Shown here one piece after another: positions 1 to 7,896 of a DNA stretch of 32,550 bases (the first letter of the stretch is position 1; every line of letters starts with the position of its first letter). This DNA comes from an uncultured bacterium (GTDB lineage: Bacteria; CSSED10-310; CAZUFC01): the NCBI GenBank assembly GCA_964619725.1, contig CAZUFC010000096.1, positions 1 through 32,550 on the forward strand. The letters are read 5' to 3'. A program made the position numbers and the translations under genes. The notes under the pieces were generated by a model. That model was not told the origin of the DNA and did no database searches. It saw only the letters and a program-made list of their open reading frames with translations.

Positions 1-69
1 AAATCCGAAGACTGACGCAGTATTGGGAAAAATTCGCCGTTTATGGACAAAAACTTACTATAAATTTTG

Positions 70-229
70 TGGACTGATCAAACCGGGATTGCACATCTTT
101 TAAAACTTTTTGCGGTTTGTTTCATTAATCGGGTTCGGTTCGAGATCGCAACCGGGATCGAAATCGAAACAAAATGATGGAAAATTCTGTCGAATTGTAA
201 CCTCAAAACAAGGATATTGAAGTAATGCC
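70..229 (-). mobile_element. MITE-like element, subtype A (hexamer-repeat core), degenerate copy
   Basis: Reverse complement is colinear with 12898..13122. It starts GGACTGATCAAACCGGGATTGCAC (71), has an ATCGGG/ATCGAA core (128-170) and AATTCTGTCGAATTGTAACCTCAAAA, and ends TTGAAGTAATGCC (229). Flanks AAATTTTG/GAATTTCT match at only 5/8. Confidence 0.7.
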
Positions 230-353
230 GAATTTCTGTTTATATGTTTTCCGGCTGAGCTCCGCCTCCCGCGTATAGACCGCCGTCAGCAATGTTTTAT
301 CCGGAATTCGCCTGACAAGCCCCATGATTGTGCATGCGCAACCGTCATCGGCT

Positions 354-1658
354 TTATTCGTCCTGAATCAACCGGATTCTCCTACCTGCCGACCAAACTT
401 CAACAGCCCTGCCGGGAAAACTCATACCCTCAAATGGCGACCATCCGCACTTTGTTTTCAAATTTTCTTTTTTTACGATAAGCGGATGATCTATATCCAG
501 AACGGTGAAGGAAGCTCTGTATCCCGGTTCGATTTTTCCGTATTTTTTACCGGAGAACCTTGAAAAAAAACGTCCCGGCGCTTCGGAAAGTATCTGAGCG
601 ATGCGCTTAAGCGAGAATTTTTCCTCCTGAATCAGCCAGGAAGCGAATGAGGCCACAGTATCCAGATGCGGAACGCCTGCGGCTCCCTTGTCTTTATCTT
701 GAAGCGTGTGAGGCGCATGGTCCGTTGCGATCATGTCTACGGCTCCGGATTCCAGGGCGCTTACCAGATACTTCCTGTCTTCTTCCGAGCGCAAAGGGGG
801 GTTCATATTCAAGAGGAGTCCCGTATTCCGGCACCTGTTTTTGAATTCTTCTGCATTCAGCAGATATCTTCTTTCCAGAGAAAAAAACAGATGGTGCGGC
901 GTCGCCTCGCAGGTGATCCTTTCTCCTTGGACCTTCCCGCGATTGTAACTTTCGATCAGTTCCAACCCTTCTTTTGTCGAAATATGGACTATATGCGTCT
1001 TCAAATCATATTTTTCCGTCCAGTTTAATACTCTTTCGACAGCCCTTATTTCCGCTTCCGCCGGTCTCTTCCGGTGATGCTTTTTTTCTGCGGCGTTTTT
1101 TCTCAGCGTATCCGGGTCCTCGCAATGAAATGCCGCGGTCAATCCCCGATATCTTTTCAACGCGGTTTCCGCTTTTTCCAGGGAGGTAAAAGCATATGGA
1201 GCAGGCTTATCGTTCATCATGAATTTATACGGCACATTACCGAACGGCGCAGAATTTTCCGTGACGGCAGCATAGAGCAGCGTATCGATTGCCGCTTTCC
1301 CTGCGAGTTCGGTTTTACGGCTGTAATTTCGGCTGTGATATGGAGGAGAGGGATTATTGGGCATTTCGGCGAATGCTGTGACGCCTCCATTGACTGCCGC
1401 TCTTCCCGCACTCAGAAAGTTTTCTTTTCGCATCTGCCCGGCAAGCTCCGAAGAAGTCTCGGCGTTCTCCTTCTCTACAGCGTATTCTCTGGCGTGTACA
1501 TGAATGTCGATGAAGCCGGGGAAGAGTATCCCCTCAATTTTTACATCGGGAAACCCGCCGGGTTCGGTTACGCTGATAATTTCACCTGCCTTCTTATCTA
1601 TTGTAATGTGTTTCTTACGGATTCCCGCTTCGGTTGGAATTCCGGCTTCGATTATCAT
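354..1658 (-). CDS. pyrC: Dihydroorotase
   Basis: Amidohydrolase motifs PGFIDIHVHARE, GGVT..EMPN, FHCED, HIVHIST, CEATPHHL, MNPPLR, ATDHAPH, KCGWSPFEG; last gene of the pyr operon. Confidence 0.93.
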   Translation of the reverse strand: MIIEAGIPTEAGIRKKHITIDKKAGEIISVTEPGGFPDVKIEGILFPGFIDIHVHAREYAVEKENAETSSELAGQMRKENFLSAGRAAVNGGVTAFAEMPNNPSPPYHSRNYSRKTELAGKAAIDTLLYAAVTENSAPFGNVPYKFMMNDKPAPYAFTSLEKAETALKRYRGLTAAFHCEDPDTLRKNAAEKKHHRKRPAEAEIRAVERVLNWTEKYDLKTHIVHISTKEGLELIESYNRGKVQGERITCEATPHHLFFSLERRYLLNAEEFKNRCRNTGLLLNMNPPLRSEEDRKYLVSALESGAVDMIATDHAPHTLQDKDKGAAGVPHLDTVASFASWLIQEEKFSLKRIAQILSEAPGRFFSRFSGKKYGKIEPGYRASFTVLDIDHPLIVKKENLKTKCGWSPFEGMSFPGRAVEVWSAGRRIRLIQDE

Positions 1659-1659
1659 A

Positions 1660-3417
1660 TCAGATTTCCCTGAGGTTGCCGGAGCGGGAGCTTTTGAATT
1701 TTCCGAATCTTTTCCAGCGCTTCGCTTCGGCTGCCGTTACTATGTGAGTATCCACGCAGGCTAGTCTCCCGTCTTCCAGGCTGCAGCTTCCGCATACGCC
1801 TACGCCGCATTTCATGTAGGGTTCGAGTATTAATCGTATATTCTTCAGTGGGATGAACGGTTCGATTTTATCGACGAGAGCTTTCAGCATTTTTTCCGGT
1901 CCGCAGGCGATGATTTCCATATCCGGGTTTTCCGATGCAGAGATATGTTCCAGCAGGCAATCGACGACATTGCCGCAATAGCCCGCTGTACCGTCTTCAG
2001 TGGCAGGGAAAAAATCGCATCCTTCCAGGTTTTCCAAAACTTCCGCCAACGCCAGCTCGCTTTTGCCGCCCGTACCGTAAAAAAACAAAAGCGGTCTTTC
2101 GCTTCCGCTATTTCGCCTGTATCTTTTATACGCGAAATACAACGGAGCGGCCCCGGTTCCTCCCGCAACAAGAATGCTCCTTTTTTGGGAATTTAAGGCG
2201 ACCGATTTTCCGTAAGGACCGCGTACCAGGAAAGGGTCTCCGGGTTTCAGATTGAAAAATCTTTCGGTGAAGGGACCTTTTTTGCCGGAAGGATGTTCGA
2301 TGAGGCGAACCAGCAGAGTGAAAGGATCATCCAGAGCTACGGAATAGGGTTTTTCTGTGGCGGGTTCTCCTGGAAGAAGGATGAATGCGAACTGTCCGGG
2401 GTCTGAAGGCAGCGGTTTATCAGCCTTCATGAGGGCCAGTCGGGGTGAGGGAAATTCGATATGTTCCACGTGGAACATTTCATATTTCATCAGCCCCTTA
2501 TTCACCATAAACCTGGCATTATCGGCGTTCCGCTCAAGATCATGTTTCAAAGTCTCCAGATAATCCTTCACTTTTTTGATGCTCATTCCCGCAAGAGCGC
2601 TTCCTATTCCGAAAAATCCCGCGCCCGCCTGGCGGTAAGCCTTCACCTGCGTCGCCCCCTGGATGCCGCCCATGGCAATAACCGGAATATTCGTCCTCGC
2701 CGTAATTTCCCTGACGCAAGCCGCCCCGAACGGCCATATGCCCGCCCCGGACATGCCCCCCAATTTGTTCGACAATATCGGCTCACCGAAAAAAGGATCA
2801 AGCGCCAGCCCCGGTCCCACCGTATTAATGGCCGCTATGCCGTCAGCGCCGCTTTTTTCCGCGGCCGCGGCCAACTCGCCGATATTCCCGAAATTCGGCG
2901 ACAACTTGACGAAAACCGGCTTGCCCGTGGTCTTTTTCACGGCTTTGACCGCTTTTTCCACGTTTTCCGGGTTCCTTCCGATCAGAGCGCCGCCGGCCGC
3001 CACATGAGGACACGACAGGTTCAATTCCAGTCCGTCGCACAGGGGACCGAGTCTTCCGGCCAGTTCAGCGAATTCCTTTTCAAAGTCGTCCAGGGCGCCG
3101 TCGGCAAACAGCGAAACAAGCAGATAAACGCCGCCGGGCAAAGGCAATATTTCCTTTAATTCTTTCTCAAATTCCTCCACTCCGGGATTAGACAATCCAA
3201 CTGCATTGACGTAACTTCCCGGTTCATATTCCGCCAGGACGGGTTCCCTGTTCCCGTCCCGGGGATTCAAACCTATGCTCTTGGTCGTTATGCCGCCCAG
3301 TCCAGGGACGTCATCGGCCAGCCGCCGCACAGTTTCGACCCGGCATGAATAGACTCCCGATACCGTAAAAAAGGGCGATCTTATATTCTTACCCGTCAAC
3401 CGCTTCTCTAATCTCAT
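1660..3417 (-). CDS. pyrD: Dihydroorotate dehydrogenase family 1B catalytic subunit fused to C-terminal electron-transfer subunit (PyrD-PyrK fusion)
   Basis: N-terminal ~300 aa carry TTKSIG, NAVGLSNPG, ELNLSCPH, VKLSPN, AINT, GGMSG, MGGI. C-terminal part carries PGQF, EKPYS, RGPYG, VAGGTGAAP, ACGPE and the [2Fe-2S] motif MKCGVGVCGSC..C. Confidence 0.92.
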   Translation of the reverse strand: MRLEKRLTGKNIRSPFFTVSGVYSCRVETVRRLADDVPGLGGITTKSIGLNPRDGNREPVLAEYEPGSYVNAVGLSNPGVEEFEKELKEILPLPGGVYLLVSLFADGALDDFEKEFAELAGRLGPLCDGLELNLSCPHVAAGGALIGRNPENVEKAVKAVKKTTGKPVFVKLSPNFGNIGELAAAAEKSGADGIAAINTVGPGLALDPFFGEPILSNKLGGMSGAGIWPFGAACVREITARTNIPVIAMGGIQGATQVKAYRQAGAGFFGIGSALAGMSIKKVKDYLETLKHDLERNADNARFMVNKGLMKYEMFHVEHIEFPSPRLALMKADKPLPSDPGQFAFILLPGEPATEKPYSVALDDPFTLLVRLIEHPSGKKGPFTERFFNLKPGDPFLVRGPYGKSVALNSQKRSILVAGGTGAAPLYFAYKRYRRNSGSERPLLFFYGTGGKSELALAEVLENLEGCDFFPATEDGTAGYCGNVVDCLLEHISASENPDMEIIACGPEKMLKALVDKIEPFIPLKNIRLILEPYMKCGVGVCGSCSLEDGRLACVDTHIVTAAEAKRWKRFGKFKSSRSGNLREI

Positions 3418-4120
3418 CCGTAATCCTCTCCAACGATTCTTCCGGCGTCATACCCGAAGGCGGTTTCGTAACGGCCCTGCCGATCACCAGAAAATCAGCT
3501 CCGTCCCTGACCGCATCGCCGGGCGCAGCGATACGCTTCTGATCGTTCGCTGCGCTCCAGGCCGGTCTTATTCCCGGAGTCACGATAACAAAATCGTCTC
3601 CGCAAGCTTTCCTCACGGTCTTTATCTCTTTCGGCGAAGCCACCACTCCGTCCAATCCCGCCTTTTTCGCCAGCAAAGCCATTTTTTTAACGTATTCCTT
3701 GGAGGAATAATCCAAACCAAGCTCCATGCGCATCACATCGTCATCGATACTGGTCAAAACCGTCACTGCTATCAGCCAAGGCCTGTCATGCCTGCCCGTT
3801 TCATCCAGCGCTTTTTTCGCTGCGTTCATCATGGCGAATCCGCCCGAAGCATGAAGATTCATCATTTTCACCTTCATTCCGGCCGCCTCTTTTACCGCGC
3901 CTGCAACAGTATTGGGAATGTCGTGGAATTTCAAATCCAGAAATATCTGTGCTCCCAGACTGTTCACAAGCGCAACGCTTTCAGGACCGAATCGCGTGAA
4001 TGACTGCAGACCAAGTTTAAAAGCCCCGGCTTTTCCCTTGAGCCTGCTCACCCAATCCTCAATTTCCTTCAGACTGTTCATGCCGTCCAAAGCAATCATT
4101 ATTCTGTCCTTCGCTTTCAT
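3389..4120 (-). CDS. pyrF: Orotidine-5'-phosphate decarboxylase
   Basis: IALD, FKLG, FLDLKFHDIPNTV, AVTVLTS, VTPGIRP, DQKR, VIGR motifs. Confidence 0.97.
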   Translation of the reverse strand: MKAKDRIMIALDGMNSLKEIEDWVSRLKGKAGAFKLGLQSFTRFGPESVALVNSLGAQIFLDLKFHDIPNTVAGAVKEAAGMKVKMMNLHASGGFAMMNAAKKALDETGRHDRPWLIAVTVLTSIDDDVMRMELGLDYSSKEYVKKMALLAKKAGLDGVVASPKEIKTVRKACGDDFVIVTPGIRPAWSAANDQKRIAAPGDAVRDGADFLVIGRAVTKPPSGMTPEESLERITDEIREAVDG

Positions 4121-4935
4121 TTTTTCGTTCTTTCCCTTTCAACTTCTTCCATGATTTTCCGGCGCTCTTCAACATCCTGAAATCGATCAACATTCTCCTG
4201 ATATTCTTTAATCAGTTCAAACTCATAACCATGCATAACTTCTTTCAGCCAGAACAAACCTTCCCTTTTAAACTTTATCAGCGAATGAAGAGTCATGCCG
4301 GCGCTTTCAGCCTGTTTTTCGGCTCCCTGTTCTCTGTCCAGTACGACGACGGCATAATCGCACATCAACTCCGTTATGCCGTTTTTTTGTGCCTGGAAAA
4401 GCGCCAGTTCCCTGGCTATTTCTTTTGAGCCGAATGATGTTACCATGTCATCGACTATAACCAGGACATCATTATTTTTCAGGCGTCCTTCCAGAAGCTG
4501 ATGTCCGCCCCAGTCCTTTTCTGATTTAAGTTCTTTCAGGGCATTCCTGGCCTGTTCCGGGGTCCTGATTTTACCGTATCCCGGTATTGGCCTGGTATAA
4601 AGAAACGGCAGCCGCCAGGACAGATTTCTGTATGCCTCGCAAGAAACAAGCGCGGCCAGCGGAATACCCGCCATATCGACTCCCACAATCCCGGTCGCTT
4701 CCGGTATCTCCTTCTGAATCAGCAAGGCAAGATAATGACCGATTTTAGCCGCCAGCTCAGGCGCAGCGCCCAAAGGACGCAAATTTAAATACCAGGGACT
4801 CCATACCCCGCTTTTCAACACCCAACCCTTTTTTCTTTTCAGCTCATCCGAAGAATTGAACAGTGTCTCAATCATCCCATAACGGTAAAGCTCCCTGATG
4901 ATTTCTTTTCCAAATTCTTCTCTATTGAATTCCAT
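4117..4935 (-). CDS. pyrE: Orotate phosphoribosyltransferase, long atypical form
   Basis: LKSGVWSPWYLNLR, GIPLA, PRPP-binding VIVDDMVTSFGSK, VVLDREQG. Overlaps pyrF by 4 bp; RBS GAGGGAG upstream. Confidence 0.88.
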   Translation of the reverse strand: MEFNREEFGKEIIRELYRYGMIETLFNSSDELKRKKGWVLKSGVWSPWYLNLRPLGAAPELAAKIGHYLALLIQKEIPEATGIVGVDMAGIPLAALVSCEAYRNLSWRLPFLYTRPIPGYGKIRTPEQARNALKELKSEKDWGGHQLLEGRLKNNDVLVIVDDMVTSFGSKEIARELALFQAQKNGITELMCDYAVVVLDREQGAEKQAESAGMTLHSLIKFKREGLFWLKEVMHGYEFELIKEYQENVDRFQDVEERRKIMEEVERERTKK

Positions 4936-5062
4936 GATTTATTCTCCCTCATTAAACTCCGCGTTAAACATGCCCGCACGCAGCAGTTTTGTCAAGAAAC
5001 CGACTGTTATTCGCCTTTTCTTTTGTCGATAATAAATTCGTTTTCATGTTTTTGGAAGGAGG

Positions 5063-5103
5063 AAAGGACAAAAGGACGAAAGGACCTAAGGGACGGAAAG
5101 GAC
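5063..5103. repeat. Five AAAGGAC-like units at 8-9 bp spacing
   Basis: AAAGGAC at 5063, 5071, 5079 and 5097; AAGGGAC at 5088. Confidence 0.8.
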
Positions 5104-5115
5104 AAGATAATTTTT

Positions 5116-5369
5116 GGCATTGATCAAAACTGGGCCTTTTGAAGTTACAACTCGGTCAGCGAGCAGTCTGCAAGAGGCCGTGAGATAATTATGAATTAAT
5201 ACGCATTTGCGCTTCCGTAAGACGAAAAACAACCCCTGATACGGTGATGTCCATGCTTCGTCGCGAGCGAATCGCATCGACATAAGCGTATATTCCCCCA
5301 TTACTAATGGGAATTTGCTCAGTCATTTTTTTTACCGATGAAAACTGTAACCCCGGTTTGATCAGTCCC
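5116..5369 (+). mobile_element. MITE-like element, subtype B, with internal hairpins
   Basis: Ends GGCATTGATCAAAA and TGTAACCCCGGTTTGATCAGTCCC. Interior is colinear with 12813..12897 joined to 13131..13228. No flanking duplication seen. Confidence 0.72.
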
Positions 5370-5418
5370 CTCGTATCGGCTTTTTGTATGAGATATCTCC
5401 GTCAGATATTCCGCCGCA

Positions 5419-6510
5419 TCATACGGGCAAATTGTCGTCTTCGCTCATCAACTCCTCACGCTGAATGTCCTTTTTAGTGAGAGCGATGGCCTGTTCGGCT
5501 TTGATTGCGCCTTCTTTGGGCTGTTTTTTGCCTACCATGAATATCCAGACTATGCCGAAGTAGACGGTGAGGGGGATGATGAGGAAATAGAAAAAGTAGA
5601 GTATGGGATGGATGGGGATCAGGTCCGGGTTTGTAAACCTGGCGAGGTTGAACAGGATAATCACTGTTGAAATGAAATCAACTGAAAAATTAGCATGCGG
5701 ATTGCTGGCGCGAAACAGTGAAAGTCCGTCGCTTCTTTTTTTAATGAAGGGCCAGATAAGCGACCCGCCCATGTGACCAGTGAGGTCTTCGGTGATGTGG
5801 GTAGCGAAACCCAGGAAGGCCGTCAAGCCATAGAGGTACCAATAGCTGAATCCGGCGAGCCAGGGGATGAGTGCAAAGGGTATGGCCAGCAGGAGACCCA
5901 GCACATAGGAATGGCTCCAGGTTCTGTGCCAGGGCAGAAATTCAACCGTCACCTTGCCTTTTTCCTTATGGAACCCGAACTGCGGTCCGCTGAGTATATC
6001 GACGACCGAGGGTCTTCCATGAGTTTCCAGCAGTTCGCCTTTTAATTTATATTTGCCGACCCGGTTTTCCTTGGGTTCCGTGCCGGGGAAGGGCACCTGT
6101 GAAGTGCTGACGATTTCATTCAGTACCACTATGACTTCGTTCGTGTTTCCGTCGAATTTGATGACGTATTGCCTCCACAGGTTGCTTCCAAGGCGCATGG
6201 GGAAGAGCTGAACGCGCTTGTATTTTCCGGTTTCATGGACTTCATCCATGGTTTTTCCTATTGTTTCGGCCATTTTCTGAGGGTCCGGATTCTCGGGATC
6301 GCATTCAACGTCGACTTCGGCTTTGGAAAAAAATTGTCCCAGTTTGAAATCCAGAGTATCCGGCATAATGCCGAATAATCCGCCCAGGCAGAGAATAAAA
6401 GAAGCCTCAGCGCCGGGCAGTGCGGAGCGTTCTGCTGCCGCTTTGACGACGGCCGGCGCGATGAAACTCGCCGCCGCCACTCCGCTCATAAAATGTGTCA
6501 AACCTTTCAT
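5419..6510 (-). CDS. Membrane-bound metal-dependent hydrolase (YdjM/DUF457-like) with ~140 aa soluble insertion
   Basis: Motifs MKGLTH, GIMPDTLD, WHRTWSHS and ATHITED, plus several hydrophobic helices. Confidence 0.8.
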   Translation of the reverse strand: MKGLTHFMSGVAAASFIAPAVVKAAAERSALPGAEASFILCLGGLFGIMPDTLDFKLGQFFSKAEVDVECDPENPDPQKMAETIGKTMDEVHETGKYKRVQLFPMRLGSNLWRQYVIKFDGNTNEVIVVLNEIVSTSQVPFPGTEPKENRVGKYKLKGELLETHGRPSVVDILSGPQFGFHKEKGKVTVEFLPWHRTWSHSYVLGLLLAIPFALIPWLAGFSYWYLYGLTAFLGFATHITEDLTGHMGGSLIWPFIKKRSDGLSLFRASNPHANFSVDFISTVIILFNLARFTNPDLIPIHPILYFFYFLIIPLTVYFGIVWIFMVGKKQPKEGAIKAEQAIALTKKDIQREELMSEDDNLPV

Positions 6511-6513
6511 TGT

Positions 6514-7848
6514 TTACACTCCCGCTAATCCGAAAAATTCGATGACGGCTTCTCCGTATCCTGCCATATTGAGGGCAATGGGTACCATAAGAACGGCCAT
6601 GCAATTCGATCTTCTGCAGTGGAAGAAGACTGGTATAGAGCCTATGCAGGAGGCTACGGCAAGAACGAACAAGCCGCCGAATCCCGTCAGGACGTATATC
6701 AGGGCAATAAGCAGGACCAGAGCGGCCCAGTATAATTTATGATAATCAATTCTTTTAAGCACAGCGATGGTCAGGATTGAGCCGTAAACCAGGATGAGAA
6801 AAGAGAGGCATCCTGCGGTCAGGATTGATGCCAGCATGACCCAGTATTGTCCGGGAAGTGGCGTGAACACCGGCTTCAAAATGACGCTTAAACCTCCACG
6901 GCTTATTCCATGAGGCGTCAAAGGCGTTATGACGAACAACAGCAGAAAAGCGCCGACGTAATATATGATCTTGGAAACGCCCCCGGAAACGATAAAAATT
7001 TTATCTCCTCTCTGGGCCGTGGCATGTCCCGCGATAATGCCTCCGATACCGGCAGTGACTGCAGGCAGATAAGAAGCCAGCAATCCTCCCAGACCTCCCT
7101 GGAATGTGCTTTTACCTAACGTTACCCAATCGAGGTCCACGGATTTGCTCACGTATTGTTCAGGGAACCGTTCGCGTGAGAGAAGATTCTGGACGATGCT
7201 CGGTATGGCGAAAAGACCGACGAAAACCGGCATGATGTTCTGGAATCCCATTTCATGAGTGATGATGGACTTGGAGGTAACGATCAAACCGAGGACGGCC
7301 GAAAAAGCGAAAGTAATTATTCCAGCGAACAGGTTCTGCCAGGCGTCGGCTATGCGCGCCCACACGGTGTCCCCGCGTCCCACGCCCTTGGGCCATTCGC
7401 TCATCAGCATATAAACCATAACCAGTCCGAGTATCCAATGCATGTGAACGGCTACTATGTTGTGGATGTAAGGAAACACCAGGTAGAAGAAAGGCGTCAG
7501 AGCTGCCAGAAGAACTACTCCGGCCAAATTTCCAATTCCCGTCAGCATGGCGGCTTCATAACCGCGTCCGGTCATCATGTATTTAGTTCCCGGAAGAATC
7601 GTCACCGTCGCAGACTCGTCCGGCGCGCCGATGAAAGTCATGGGTATCGTATTCACAAACGCGAAAGATACCACTAGCGACATAAAAAACGGCGCTACGG
7701 CTTCAGGAGGAAACAGGTTCGGCGTCAACTGCCAGAAAAGCAACACCAGGCCGGCGACGTTATAAATATGTAAAGAAGGCAGCAAAGAAAGTAATCCGCC
7801 CATCAGGACTCCGAGCGGAACAGCGATTAATATCGGCAGAATTTCCAT
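6514..7848 (-). CDS. Tripartite tricarboxylate transporter TctA-like permease (short form, no TctB/TctC nearby)
   Basis: Polytopic membrane protein with GLLSLLPSLHIYN, IPMTFIGAPDESATVTILPG..MMTGRGYEA, PVFVGLFAIP and a second-repeat LPAVTAG motif; 444 aa. Confidence 0.82.
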   Translation of the reverse strand: MEILPILIAVPLGVLMGGLLSLLPSLHIYNVAGLVLLFWQLTPNLFPPEAVAPFFMSLVVSFAFVNTIPMTFIGAPDESATVTILPGTKYMMTGRGYEAAMLTGIGNLAGVVLLAALTPFFYLVFPYIHNIVAVHMHWILGLVMVYMLMSEWPKGVGRGDTVWARIADAWQNLFAGIITFAFSAVLGLIVTSKSIITHEMGFQNIMPVFVGLFAIPSIVQNLLSRERFPEQYVSKSVDLDWVTLGKSTFQGGLGGLLASYLPAVTAGIGGIIAGHATAQRGDKIFIVSGGVSKIIYYVGAFLLLFVITPLTPHGISRGGLSVILKPVFTPLPGQYWVMLASILTAGCLSFLILVYGSILTIAVLKRIDYHKLYWAALVLLIALIYVLTGFGGLFVLAVASCIGSIPVFFHCRRSNCMAVLMVPIALNMAGYGEAVIEFFGLAGV

Positions 7849-7896
7849 TTTTTTCTTCCCGTTTTACGTCGATTCATTCATATGAGAATATTCGAT

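Noticed and set aside
1-104. Possible 3' end of a plus-strand gene entering the window
   Set aside because: Two frames are briefly open but too short to assign, and both run into the MITE end.
2461-3159. Long antisense ORFs opposite pyr, tctA-like, gyrA and gyrB genes (e.g. this 232-aa ORF)
   Set aside because: Shadow ORFs of well-supported genes, with no motifs of their own.
5086-5301. 71-aa ORF between the hydrolase and pyrE
   Set aside because: It overlaps the MITE and heptamer repeats; no recognisable motif.
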